From Marsupella aquatica (taxonomy: Eukaryota; Plantae; Marchantiophyta), in assembly GCA_973895155.1 (NCBI GenBank), contig OZ316891.1, forward strand, positions 17,730,095 to 17,794,094: a stretch of 64,000 nucleotides of DNA. Direction: 5' to 3'. Below the pieces are notes generated by a model that did no database searches, was not told the origin of the DNA, and saw only the letters and a program-made list of their open reading frames with translations. The translations under genes and the position numbers were made by a program. Positions 12,271 to 25,567 of the stretch are shown here, one piece after another. The number at the start of each line of letters is the position of its first letter. The first letter of the stretch is position 1.

Positions 12271-14823
12271 AGGTACCCTACATTGCGGTACCACTTTGTG
12301 GCATAGCCTCATCAAGTTGTGAGGGGTTAGCATAGTGTTTTTGTTGGATACCACTTGTGACCGTGACCTGATTATAATATTAATGTTCTAAGAAAAATAT
12401 ACTACAAATGTTTCTACTTTGAATAGTCGATGACCTACTTACTTTGTAAACGATATAATATAAAAGATAATTTGCATTTCTGTGTTCTACATATCTTATT
12501 TTACTTTTCTTGCTTTATAGATTTGGTCACAATAAAACCTATCTCTATACTTGCATTTCATTTGGTTCCTCTTTTGCCCGTCTTTGGACAACACTAACCT
12601 GGCTTTTGACCAAAAAACGGCCCTAGTGTTCTTCGACATAAACGGCCCTATGCTTCATTTGACCTGATGTGTCACATTTGCGGAAAATGAAAGGACCTTT
12701 CTCTCTAGTGCTGATGAAACTTTCCCTCTCTCTTGCATACCAGATAGGCCCCAAGTGTTGAACAGCCTTCCATGGCCGCAAGTCTTGCCCTCTCACTCTA
12801 CAGCCTCCCTCCACCAGCCTTTTCCCTTTTCACTCAATGTTTCTCTTTTGTGCTCCTACCTTTCAGCCTAATTTAATATTCCTTTCACCTTGCCTTCAGG
12901 CATTTAGGCAAGCCCCCAACTTCCACTCTTTCTTCATGCAGATTCACTTTTAGTCTCTCTTCCTTTTACCGGTCATGCCACTCTATGGGCTCATGTTGTA
13001 CTGATGTGGCTTTCTTCCCTTTAATGCATTCTTTCAGGCCTCGGATATCCTTCTCCTCTCCAACAAATAAAAGTCTAAGAGTGGGAGAGAACCCATAATA
13101 ATGGACTTGAATTGTAGATCTTAATTTAGAAATGAGATTTTGAAAGCCTGTAAGTGATGCACTAAGTCATGTGTCTAACTCATGAGAGACCATTTCTTCA
13201 CATGTTACTCCCAAAATTGAGCAAAATTTGCAAGGTTGCCGATATGCTACTTACGATATTGCCTCCTTGCAAGGAAAGGACGTCCATAAATAAAGTAAAT
13301 AGTTTGCAATGTGCGGCATGGGGCAGCTTATATTAAATTGGGTTTGGGAGCAACTTAGGATAGTTGTGCAAGTTTGGTGGTAACTTAGTAATTGCAGGCA
13401 CGAGTAAGAGGCCCAACTGGCTGAGAAGAAAACTCCATATTCATATTTTAAAATTCTTTTCTACAAGTGAGAGAAAATCCGCGCTCAATGATTGTAGAGA
13501 ATCTTCGTGTCTCTAGACCAAGATATGGAATTTACTCAGATAACGCTAGACTCTACATGTATGCCTGTATCCTTTTGTGAGCTCATACAACTCACTGCCC
13601 CTTGACAAAGTGACAAACTTTTACTCCTCGCCAAGATGTCAAAAATGAACCTGCCGAATTCTTAAAAAAATAATCTGCCAAAAGATACCAAAATATACGG
13701 TGCAGTGGGGCCGGCAAAGTACATCCAAGTGTATTTTGACATCATTTTCTCGCGAGACATCACCGAGGAAGTTGATAGCTCATAATTATGTCAACCTGAC
13801 TCGAATATGTTCTAATGTCCTATGTTGTGATATGTTTTTAGAATTAATTTGTTGTGCGCATAAATGCATGTTGTCCTCCTGTGGTTTGCAGGATCCACTT
13901 CGAATTTTGATTCACTTCCATTTCTCCTACAGTCCATCATGCTAGAGCACGTAAGCATTGCAGTTGATTTTCATCAATCAAATGTGAATAATGCTTTGCA
14001 GTTTCTCCATCTCTTAATGGAAATGCAGAGCATACCCCTCTAGTTCCTGAACATCCCACGAGTTGGTAGATCCATCTCCATATCGGAGGACAGTTTTATA
14101 AACCACGAACCCAACTTTCAACTGTTTGAGGGATTATTGACTAGGTTTCTAGAGTGTACTTCACGAGTATGAATGACAGCAAAAAGCATTTTTTATGCCT
14201 TCCTTGGCTAGATAGAAGAATATGTGATGGTAGAGTTTGGGCCACTTTGTCCATGGTCAATATTGTCAGCGAGAAAATCTGCTTTTTGCCATGTGCGCTG
14301 GCTTTTCCTTGACGTTGCTATACTACAATAGACATTACAGTGGAGTGTGTGCGTGTGTCAGTGCTACGCCATGCAACGGAAAAGCAGATGATCCCGATTT
14401 TGGGAATTCCACAACATTAATTTACAGAGCCCATCGTTTCTTCGAAACTTTCCTAGAAGAATCGCCGGGCTGATATGAGTTTCTGCCACTGTCCTATGCT
14501 ATCAATCTTGCAGAAGGTTTATTGCTGAGCCTACCTAGGATAATAATCAGGACACCACGGAAAAATGGGGCCGAAACAGTTTGAAAAAGGTAACAAAAAT
14601 ACTTTTCATGTCCAGGGTACGACAAGCCTTTCTTGGCTCTTGGCCAAAGCGACCTCTAGGAAGTGAAATTGACTATGATCAATGGGAGATATCAAAACGG
14701 GATTCGTCTGCACTGAGTGTAAGAGGGAGAGAGGTCACTGGACCAAGAATACTAAGAATATTGTATGCAGTTGAAGAACCCTTGCTTGTAATCGCAAGCA
14801 TGCACGTATTATGCACCTTCTCA

Positions 14824-14978
14824 AAGAGCTTCTCCTGGAAAGGTGTGAGCAAGACCTGGACAATCCTCGATGTGGTTTGGCAGTAAAACTGGTGAAAGAT
14901 GAGAAGAGCTTCTCCTGGAAAGGTGTGAGCAAGACCTGGACAATCCTCGATGTGGATTGGCAGTAAAACTGATGAAAG
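14824..14978. repeat. 80-bp tandem duplication (about 1.9 copies)
   Basis: AAGAGCTTCTCCTGGAAAGGTGTGAGCAAGACCTGG... starts at 14824 and again at 14904, with 2 mismatches. Confidence 0.9.
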
Positions 14979-16704
14979 TAGGACAGACATTTTTAAATGA
15001 AGTGCGTGAAAACTCTTCAAAAGTGTTTCAGACTCTTCACATGACACTGAAAATGCGGTGGTACTCCATACCATGACTGTGTTTAGGGTTCATGCAGTCC
15101 ATACGAACCAAGGGGTCAAGCCACCAGCCCCAAATCTCAAATCTGCCAAAGCTACCTCCTTTCCGAAGGATACCATTGCTGATTTGCTGCCATTCAGACA
15201 ATATCAATTTCTCCAAAACGACCCTCAACAAAGTCCTAAACAAACAAGCTTGAAGGCGCAGCTAACTCTCTCAAAGATATCCTGGACGCCACAAAGATAT
15301 CTGATTTAAGTCTATCCAGAATGAAATATACATCGATTGGACAGATCTTGCGGCCTCCAAGGCAGATCTTTAGGATTAGGCCTGTAAGATTTTGACCTCT
15401 GGGCAGCTACTCCGAAAACACAACTCGATATGATGAAAACAATTTCACTGACTGAGCTTGGCACTTATTTCCAGTGCAGATGCGGCTAAATACAAGGGAA
15501 GGACATAGGTTCCAATTCTCTAGCACTAGGTATTTCCAGGAGTCAGAAACAAGGCCTAAAGGTGAACATAAGAAAAGTAACCTCTCGGTTCTGAAACAAT
15601 ACCCAAAAGAAAACCAGAAAGCATTGTGAATTATTAGGTGGTCCATATCCGAAACTCGCCATGCAACAATAGATCAAAGGTAGTGACTCTTTTTTCAGAA
15701 AAGGACCCAGGCTTAACCGGTGGCTCTTTTTTGGAAAAGTGGCCCAAAATGAAACAGAAAAGATTTGCGCGAAAAAAGTTTCGCTGCAAATGGCTAAAGA
15801 TGTTTTTAAAGGCATGCATCAACACATCCGAAAAGTCGTGAGTTTTCGGATAGGTCTAATAATAGGAAAAAGATCTAACCAATCCCCTGATGAGGATAAG
15901 ATAAAAATCTGAGAGAAGCACCCAAAAATCTGAACTTGTTCATAATTTTACCATGACATTCAACTTCTAAGAATAGAAGTGTCCGTACCGAAAACATATT
16001 GCACTGCACTAACATGACCAGAGCCGGTGAAGGTATTGTAAAAGATTACGCCTTGTCCAAAATAACAAACAAGTTCAATAGAAATGTTGATCCTCTCTGT
16101 TATGTCTGATGTTCTGATGAGCAAGATTTGGCAATTTAAGGACCAAGAAAGAATTTGCACGATCACAGTACTCTAGTAAAACTTCAATAGGATATAACCC
16201 TTTCGCAATTTTGGGTATGGAACCAGCACTGCAACCTTTTGATAGACATTGCTACTTTTGTACTCGAAAGATGTCCATGAGACCACCAAAACTCATTGTA
16301 AATGAGCGCTTTCAGATAAAGATTACGTTTTAATAAATGGTCGTAATCATAACTTGCAAAAAGCTTAATCAATGTACCAGCTCGGCAGGGAGCTCTTTGT
16401 GGTTATCCGATCCAATTAGGCTGGAGATCCAGTGCAATTCGGTCTCCTAGAATCACAAAGGATGACGACCCACTCCTGGACTTAATACCAGTATCCTGTC
16501 CCTCGGCCACTCTGTCGGCAGCGGTTGGGATCCGCGCACTTTCCAGAACTCTGAGTAGAGACGACTCACAATTGACATCGGACTTGAGATCAAGATCTCA
16601 CTTCACGCTTCATTGGCCAGCCTTTGTACTACCTATTATCCATACTGCACTGTGATTGTAAGAAAACCAAAAGAAGAACCCCACAACATGATCTTTGTTG
16701 ACAG

Positions 16705-19700
16705 CTATTGGTAAGGTCTCACTATATCCTCGAGTTCATCCACAAGTACCTCATAGATAAAGCGGTACTGTTCCTGTTGATTGCACGTCACAAAAACATA
16801 TCAGGCGCATGCCCTTATCATTTGAGCAAGGCCACGGTGGTTAGATCTAATCCCTTCATTATTACACTACTTCAATCGAATTTACCTTCAGACAAACAGC
16901 AAATTGATAAACGCAAGCTTCAACATGCCTTAGTTTGAACCATCCCACTCCGTTGAGATCTGAATTGGATGACAGTTTGGCCGACGTCTAAAGCCGTCAC
17001 ATCACCGGAAAGTATCCTTCGGAGTGAATGATCTATAGTGCAAAATGTGCCTGTCCGGCCTATTCCAGCACTGCGAGCACGTTCAGGATCATTGTATCAA
17101 GTTGTGAGCACCTTCATTCATTAACAGTAAAGGCAACCTGCCGACAAAACTTTAAGGGCACTTTGTACCACGGGAAATGGGGCTTAGTTATCATTCCTTT
17201 ACATTCGCAAATTAACAGGTACCCGATGTATACATAAATCTACTCTCTCTGAGGGTCCAACTCTCACCTGCAATGAACTATATAGGGACCAGCGTTTGCC
17301 GGTATCCAATGCAAACTTCTGATCATATCTCGAACAGGAGCTGTTGAAGATGGCACACCAAAGTCTGGCCAATCACGGAACTCCAGATGTATCAATGTGT
17401 GGGAAGCAGCATCAGACTGCAGAGGAGCACTTCATGAGCCAAGGCACACATCTGTTGTGGTGATACGCAGAGGACGGAGGCTTTCACAAAGGTCCATTTG
17501 ATGAACCATTTGACAACAGAAGAGACAAGGAACCAGCAAACAACCCCCGATACTGACAGAGCTTAAGAAGAGGGAGGGAAGAGTGGATGTCAGACGTACA
17601 TTTGTCATGTTTTGAACTTCAAGGAGTCTTTGAAGTATGCGTCCATCACCCAAGCAACGTAAGGACTTATTTGTAACTTGGAGATGGCCAAATACTTGAG
17701 AGTGGTTCTCCCCGATTGGATAATAATGGGCACAGCTTTCCTAGAATTTCAGTACGAGCTGTTATGAATTAGCAGCCGGCTGAGAGGAAAGAAACAAGTT
17801 CTCCTTGCATAATATGATTTAATGAACTTCTAAGTTGCAGGCACTAAAGCTACAACGGATGGTGCCAGCAGCATGAGGAACAACTCGATATTATTTGTGA
17901 ATACTCGTCCTTTCATGAAATAATCTTAAAGAAACTTTGATTTCTTCCCGACAAATATTTACCTGATCGTCGTCCAGCAATCTTGTCAACATTACGACAA
18001 CAGGCGCCCTCTGCTGCACTGTCATCTGCCAAAAGTCCGCGACTGTGGAACTGAGAGGTCCCTGGGTAGCAATGAATATGGGTAGACTCTGATGCACGGG
18101 GTCCTACAAGACACCACACAATAATGAAAGGTGATGCAGTCTGGATTTGTCAGAGGCGGCTAGGGCTGAGTGATCAATTCAAGGCTCATATCCACTTGTT
18201 GAACCTCCAACGTTCACAATATACCACACGGACAGAGAATGTTATGGGCCAAGGACACCGTACCAGAATAAAACTTGCGTTGATGTAGTCTCCAAGAACT
18301 AGAGACCCGTTATCTGAGACCAGTTTCACCCTATTTTGATCAACTGAATGGCTTTGTCAAGGTTGACATTTTCGATAGCAAACTAGCCCAGTGGGATGAG
18401 AAAACGCTAAATGAATCTCAAATTCATTCCACATTTAACAGTGCGGCTTTATATGCTCAAAAGGGATCAAAATGAGAGGATACATGGGAGCACGTTCACG
18501 TATCGATTTTTCAGGCGATTTCGAGTCAGTTGTGCAGCATGCATCTTGGTTTGAGCGGAGAATTGCTGTGACTGCACACGAAGAAATCGATTATAGGTTA
18601 AAAAGGGGCGTTGACGACCGGAGTACAGTCTCAGTGATGCCTGCCCGTAGTAAACTTTACCCTTGATGCAAATTATGAATATTTGATTTGGCATACTACC
18701 TAAATATGAATATTCAAACAATACCTTACGAAATAAACTGTGTTGACCGCATACATAGTTTGTGTCAATCGCTTTCCTTACGTTGGTTCTTTATTGAGAG
18801 GAACAGGGGATTCTTCAATTCTACGACTGAATGTATTAACAAATTATACATATTCCGTGCCAATCGCTTTCCTTACTTCGGTTCTTCTTTGGGGAAAATG
18901 GGGAATTTTTCAGCTCCACAATTGCATCTAATGTTCACTTAACCCGCATTCATTATCATATCTTGCTTATGCTGAATCGTGACTTGACCTTAATTTGGAC
19001 ACCAGTGCAGATCTCGGTTCAAATTACGAAGATCACAAAAGGCGATTATTCAAACACGCGTTCTGGCCTCCCGTTTCCATGGATCGGAACAAGAAACAAA
19101 TAACCCAACAACAATTAACCGTGGAGACATCTTTACAAGGCTTGCAATAGGTGAATTTGCAAGCTTGGCTTCCAAAGCACTGCGGATCGACGCCACGTAT
19201 TCCTCAAAACTATGCATTACCGTAACAACAAATAACGGCAGTCTATTCCATCTTACGCGGTAGGAGATGTATGTAAAATCATCGACCGCAGGCGTGTCTT
19301 TCTGCCCTCTCGACATAGTCAACCGCCGCCCAAACGAATTACTGTCAAGTAGAGGAGTTGAACCAACGCCTTCCCTACACGACGAGTAATCCACTGCCAT
19401 CGATGGGAGGTCGGTTCAGCTACAGAGGGTCATTTAGGTGGAGTTCCTTTTCAGCGTGGTAAGAATTTGTAGGCAACAAAAAAAATTTAGCCCCTAGACT
19501 GGCAACAAAGTGACGCTACCAGCTTAACTCCATGTACAGTATCACCGACATCATCCTCATAAACTTCCGGCAGGTTATCTTGGGGAAATGTGTTCCTTGA
19601 CAAAGGTGCTTTGGAATGAGCAATATGTAGCTATAATTCCTTCCTGGGCATTGGAGTCCCAATGATCGACTTCAAACAAAAATTACAACACGTCACAACC

Positions 19701-20368
19701 AATGCAGCGCAGAGTACTGCCCACAAGGTAAGTGGCCGTTGCATCAGATTCCACTGTGTGCCATAAGCCTTCATGCCTCTACCTGGTGATGCACCTTTGT
19801 AGTTAACCTCTTGTAGGGTGTCCAGACAACGTGTTGGCTAAGGAGAACGCACATTGTGCTCATAGTACTTGCAGAAACAGTGATCTGCTGCCCAGGAAGG
19901 TTGACGTCCGCAACTTGAAGTAAGGGGATGGGAGGTGAAATACCCCGAGGACCGGACCTTTAAGCCGTTCCTTCATACATTGATTACTGCATTCATTCAT
20001 TCTTTCCTTCCTTGTTCATTCATTAAGTAGGTATACCAACAATGACAAGGTACAGGGGCAGAAGAGAATCGTTCAAATGGCGCATCACAACAGCGAGAAC
20101 AATGTGTCACCACGTGCCAAACAGTAAGCGTGGGAATTCAGTAGAGTAGACTCACAAGGGTCAGAAATTCCTTGTCGGCTGAGCCCATCTTCTCCTTGAG
20201 TTGTGCTATGGCATTCTTGTAAAAAGCTATTTGCTCGGATGTGAAGGTCGGAACAAATTCCTGCTGGCGCTTGAATGCCTCACTCACGTCAAAGCTCACT
20301 GTTGGAGGCCTCGGATACGAGAATTTCGCCGGAGGAGGAGTAAATGGGGACTTGCTCATTGCCATCAT
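16705..20368 (-). CDS. PTP1: Tyrosine-specific protein phosphatase (plant PTP1 ortholog-like), 8 exons, 340 aa
   Basis: Exons 20368-20156, 18571-18484, 18343-18264, 18103-17963, 17740-17600, 17416-17268, 17070-16929 and 16773-16705 join in phase (1023 nt). Motifs: [29 protein letters not shown], catalytic [22 protein letters not shown]. Intron 7 needs a GC donor. Confidence 0.93.
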
Positions 20369-20465
20369 ATGACTTGCATGTAGAACACACCTCCGTATTC
20401 TGTGTGGGCGGAGCAACAGCTTCCGATTCCAAATTGCTCCCTCCTTTCTTCTCCGTCCAGTCAAA

Positions 20466-20474
20466 TTAGGGTTT
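20466..20474 (-). promoter_or_regulatory. Telo-box (AAACCCTAA) about 100 bp upstream of the PTP1 start codon
   Basis: TTAGGGTTT on the + strand; a typical motif of plant 5' regions, but short. Confidence 0.35.
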
Positions 20475-21529
20475 AATTAAACTCCCTCGAAACAACTTTT
20501 CGCCCACGCGGTATGGCAAAGTCTGGCATCGAATCCAATCCACTCGACGAAAGAAACAACTACAATCAGCCGCCTCACTAAGAAAGCCCTTCATAATCTA
20601 TCGGTAGGCTGGCACCTCATTAAAGAAGTACAAAACTTATTCAGAAAAAACACGCCGAGATAATAATTAGCAGTTTCTGCACATTCACCTCCCCAGTTCG
20701 ACACCCCGTCCAACCGACCAACTCCTTCACGCGCATGAAATTTCTTCACAAGAACGATCACCTCAGCCGCTAAGCAAGACGAGAACAAGGAACCCATAGA
20801 CTACGGACGACTTCAGTCCAAAGCCTTCCCTAAAACCCTCTGCGAGACAGTGAGCGATCGGGTGGAAACGGTAGCTCAAGCGACCTGATGGACCAGCCAA
20901 GAGCCCGACGCTGTGTGTTAGCCGTGAGGGGGGGGACCGGGTGACCGGACCTAAGTTGTCGAATGTGACCAAGAGGCAGGCTGTTCCTAACTGTGACAGC
21001 CGGTACCGGACACTACACGAGCCACATCAGTGAACGCCGAGAAAATCGTGATGGAGGGTGGGTTCATCGACGCGGTTTCATTGAAATGGACGACCGGGCA
21101 TGAACTCAGCCTACGTGGTCAACTTAACTCGGTCAGACGTTTAGTATCCTCGACGGAGTAGTGCCACTACCGCAAACGGTAGTACCACGTAGGACAAACT
21201 ACCTGCTATAAAGTTTGCTATAAAGTTTGCTATAAAGTTTGATTGTAATGCTATTAGGGACTGTCAAAGTACTCATGTAATCAAAGTGCTATTACTTTTA
21301 TTTGCTGGACTTAGGTACCATCCTTATGTGGTAGTTATTTTGGTAGCCCATAGCAAATCTGTACTGGCAGTAAGAAAGTTTGATGTCCTGAACTATAACT
21401 CAGTTATGGCTATGCTTTGACACGCCTGATTATAATGATGAGGTAGATTTAGCCTAGCTCAATTCCCATGCTTTACAAAAACACGTTCGTTTGTATCTAT
21501 CTTCTGATATAAGATATAATTAAGTAGAA

Positions 21530-21830
21530 ATATGTTGTGACACTAAAAATGCTGTTATGCCAAAAAATGTTGTCAAATATAAATGTAGTGGAACCAAAGA
21601 TGTTAAGTAAGAGGATGTCATTAGCAAAAGATGTTGTCAAGTAAATAATGTTGATTTCAAGGGAACAAAAATTAATTTTAAAAATTCAAGGAAGTAACTA
21701 ATGTTGTTAATAGCAAAATATTGTTAGCAAAAGATGCCATTGACGTAACATCTGTTGGTAACCAAAAGATGCCGCCAAGTAACAGATGTTGCTTAGTAAA
21801 GATGTTGTTGAGGTGACAGAAGTTGTTAAG
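21530..21830. repeat. Degenerate low-complexity array of AAAGATGTTG-like units
   Basis: About ten AA(G/A)ATGTTG/ATGTC variants at roughly 20-30 bp spacing; a 12-bp CTATAAAGTTTG x3 repeat lies nearby at 21207-21241. Confidence 0.55.
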
Positions 21831-21920
21831 CTGAGCCGTGTCATTGCCCCAAGGGGTCTTGGCATTGGGTCGAAGTGGCAAGGTCGAGTCAAGGCGCAAG
21901 GGGAATAGAGGCAATGCAAG

Positions 21921-22027
21921 GGAACACATTTCCCCAAGATAACCTGCCGGAGGTTTATGAGGATGATGTCGGTGATACTGCCCATGGAGTTAAGCTGGTA
22001 GCGTCACTTTGTTGCCAGTCTAGGGGC
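21921..22027. repeat. 107-bp inverted copy of PTP1 intron-1 sequence (19490-19596)
   Basis: GGAACACATTTCCCCAAGATAACCTGCCGG...GTCTAGGGGC is the reverse complement of 19490-19596, with about 3 mismatches. Confidence 0.9.
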
Positions 22028-22867
22028 GTGGAGTGGCTTGTTAAAATTATGACTTCCCCCTCCATATTCTCCCCTCCCCTCCACTCCCTCTCCTGCCTCC
22101 ATAGCCACTACATTCAAATCTAGTTTTCCCCAAAGAAAATGCAACTTTTCTATAACAAATCAAATGTTTTTGCAGCACAATCCACCTGAACTTCAATTAC
22201 CATATCTTTGGACTGGATAGACAAAAATGAGCGTAGAGTAGCTTGTTGGAACCACAATTCTCCCCTCCATCGTCTTCCCTCCCCACTCTCCTCCTTCTCC
22301 TGCCTCCATAGCCACTACATTCAGATAGGAACTGCCCCTGCAAAAATTAGTTTTTTCAGTAGCATAGTTTTTTCAGCTTTGATTGACATATCTCTGGGTT
22401 GGACAGGCAAAAATGAGGGAGTAGCTTGTTGGAATTCTGGTTTATCCCTCCATAACTTCCTCTCCTCTACCATCCCTTTACTACCTCCTTACTAGACCGT
22501 TTTATTAGACCAGTTTACCCCTAGATTGCTGCCCAAATTGAGCTGCAATTTCTATCAATTTTTACCAGAACTGCAGAGGTTGTTGACTTTGCATTTTTTA
22601 TTAGTATTGGAGATCTTGTGAGTGGCCAACATTGCAAGAGAGGGCAAGCTTGGGGAAGATGGATTCATTTGTCTGCAATCAACTTCTTGAAGGAGTTTTG
22701 TGGCCTGGTCTTGGCTTGAGATTGGACATAAATTTCAAGCTTTCAGCTGGACTTATGAGCAATTGTTTCTAGTTTTGAAATGAATTACTATAATGCATCA
22801 TTGCTCTAGGCTGTGCTCAGTCTGCTTCAATTCACTTTGCACAATGAAAATTTGAGATTTCACTGGT

Positions 22868-22987
22868 GACAATTCACCAGCTTGAGCACAGAGAGCCAAG
22901 TCAAGACCTACTGATAAATCCAGTTCCGACAATTCACCAGCTTGAGCATAGAGAGCCAAGTCAAGAGCTACTGATAAATCCAGTTCC
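22868..22987. repeat. 60-bp tandem duplication
   Basis: GACAATTCACCAGCTTGAGCA(C/T)AGAGAGCCAAGTCAAGA... at 22868 and 22928. Confidence 0.9.
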
Positions 22988-23361
22988 TAGGAACTTCCAT
23001 AACGTACTAATGTTTAAGGCAATATATGTTTTGGAGACTATTTTGAATGTGTTTCAATTGTCCAACTACCATTTACATTGTGCACAATCCACAAGTGTTT
23101 GCCTTCAATTTGTTATTGGAACTACATATTGGAGCCAAGAACAAGTCATTTGTATTATCTCCTTGGTCCTCAAAAAATTGTCATGAATTTCTATTGGATG
23201 TTGAATTTGAACCCAACACACACGGCCCAGGTTGTCATATATTCAATCTATACTTATCCTGTAACACACTGGGCAGCTAATAAAGTGAGAGTAATACCCA
23301 TGTTCATTGTCTTGCTGAGAATTAAACAAATTTGTGACCTATTGAGACATCAGTGATATAT

Positions 23362-24741
23362 CTAGAACTTCTTGACTAGATTCTCCTCCTTTATTATCAG
23401 ATATGTAAGCATCCTTTCTGCCCGACTCTGCATTGACAGCAAACTCTGGATCATCTTCACATTCACAATCTGACAAATCATCTTCCGGCTACTCACCTCC
23501 CCTCTCACCTCCGGCCTGTGCATGAGCATCTGCCAACTTCTCAAGGTCCACACTATTCTCTTGGTCTGAGATTTCTTCTTCACTGCCTTTTGTTGGCCCT
23601 ATACCCCTTGCTTGTGACAACATTGCATCACAAGCTGGGCACTTTCTCCTATCATGCCCGAGTTCCTTACAAATGGCTACATTGTCTGGGTCCAAGCTGG
23701 ATCCTCCGGTGAAAATCTTGGTCGTGCCTTTTCCGATGGGCGGCCCCTGTTCCGCTTGACCAGCAACTATCTCCCCACAAGTGTTGTTTGGCACAAGGCC
23801 ATCCTGCAAAATTGCTGGCACACTTCATGAATATGTCTGCTGAAATGTGAGAGTAGAATAAAATTCAGAAACATAGTCATATTGGCGCTTGTGCAACCTG
23901 GTGCAAGCCCTCCATGCATGGACACAAGGCAGGAAAATGTCTTGCCAATCTCAACACCTGCATTTCCATTCAGGTTCAAATTTGACCAAAAACATTATGC
24001 CTAGCTAAAAAGTCAGTAACCCTACACTCAGTAGGACATGAAGCATTAGCAATGAGAAGGGAGTCTTTCTCCTAAGTATCCCTCAATAGAGTCATAATGT
24101 TGGGCGGAAATGGTGTACTAGTGATTGATTCAGCAAGTTGTTGCTTCTAAAAATTTGTCATCATCATGTAGTCCCATAACGTACATATTGGACTGCTTGC
24201 AAGCCACTTCTTGTTGTTGCGGCTTCAAAGCCCTACTCAAGCTTTCAGCTTGCTGACTGGTTTCATGTCCCCATCTGCCAACAAAAATTGTTGGTGAGAA
24301 TAGTCACAAGCAACAGTACAATTGACATATGATGTTCAAACAAACTTATCATATACCTTTTAACTGGACAGACAGTTCAAGAATAGTGTTTGGGGTCTGC
24401 TGTCCTTTCAATGTACTCAGCAAGCCTTGTATTATTGGCTTTTTAATTTGTTTGAGCCTTCTCTTGAATTGCTCTAGAGAGGTAGTGTACACCCAAGGCT
24501 CAAAATCTTTTTCTTCTTGCTTGTTAAAGTGCTTTCTACAGAAAAACCAATGAGCGAGTGATGCAATGATATTTATGCAAGTTACTATCAAAAAGAAACA
24601 TTTACACAATAAGTGACGATGTAAAAAGTAGTGTACCTGCAATCATCTCCAAGATGCTAGGAGCCAAAGGCATGAAATCCCCTTCGGAAAATCTCTGCCA
24701 CACCATCCTACAAACCCTTTTCTCTATCTGAAATGACTACA
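23362..24741 (-). pseudogene. MULE (MuDRA-like) transposase, 3' part: DDE second Asp, SWIM finger, Zn knuckle
   Basis: VVISDREKG..FHAF..HL; RWGHETSQQAES; KCRC*DWQDIFLPCVHA (SWIM); CKELGHDRRKC. Multiple stops and frameshifts. Confidence 0.8.
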
Positions 24742-25567
24742 CACTAGTAGAAACCGGGGGGTATTTAGACCCCATTAAATGACTATTCAGTACCGTATAG
24801 GACTTGGAAACGACTGGGAAGGACTCCAGTCCTTTATAGGACTGCGAGTCGTATGTTTTGTTACTATAATCAACTGAGTCCTTTATAGAACTGGTTTATA
24901 AGTCGTTTAATAGACTGGATTTTCAGTCTATTTTAGTCTTTGTGTGGGTAGCTTTGGTGAGTCGTTTTCAGTCTTTTATGGGCTGCGATGATGAGTCGTT
25001 GGGAACGACTAAAAAGGTTATGGAGGGTAGTCTTTAAATATACTTTGTGGGGTATGTATAAGTCTTTCATGTCAACTGGATATGAGTGATGAAGACCCCA
25101 CTATACTACTTGGAATGAACCCACTCTTGTGCACAAATAACATATTGCATTCATGTTTTATTGTGTACTTGGAATGAACTCACTCTATAAGTTCACCATT
25201 CATCATGTTAACATTAGAATACATAGTTTCAGAAAGCCATCTTCTATACCATGTACACTAATATGAATTCACAGATTCAAACTTCATAGACTACAAAGAA
25301 GGTCACAAAGTATTCCTCTATACCATACACACTAATACTGAAATGATAAAATAGATTCAAGTATCATAGACAATCACCATAGAGCCATAGTTTGACATCA
25401 ATCACTTGTTTCATACATACAGAATTCAGAAATATCAATGTCACACACAACGTCTCCTTCATCCTCTTTACCAAATGGAAAAATTGGTACAGATATTTCT
25501 TGGATCTTTCCAAGGCAATGTCAAAATGTGACACAATTCACATGATTCTATCTACACTTGCATTCAG

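Noticed and set aside
19050-19400. 116-aa ORF inside PTP1 intron 1
   Set aside because: The PTP1 exons join in phase to a full-length protein without it, and no motif is recognisable.
22868-22987. Direct repeats as a CRISPR-like array
   Set aside because: Simple head-to-tail duplication without spacers, in a eukaryotic context.
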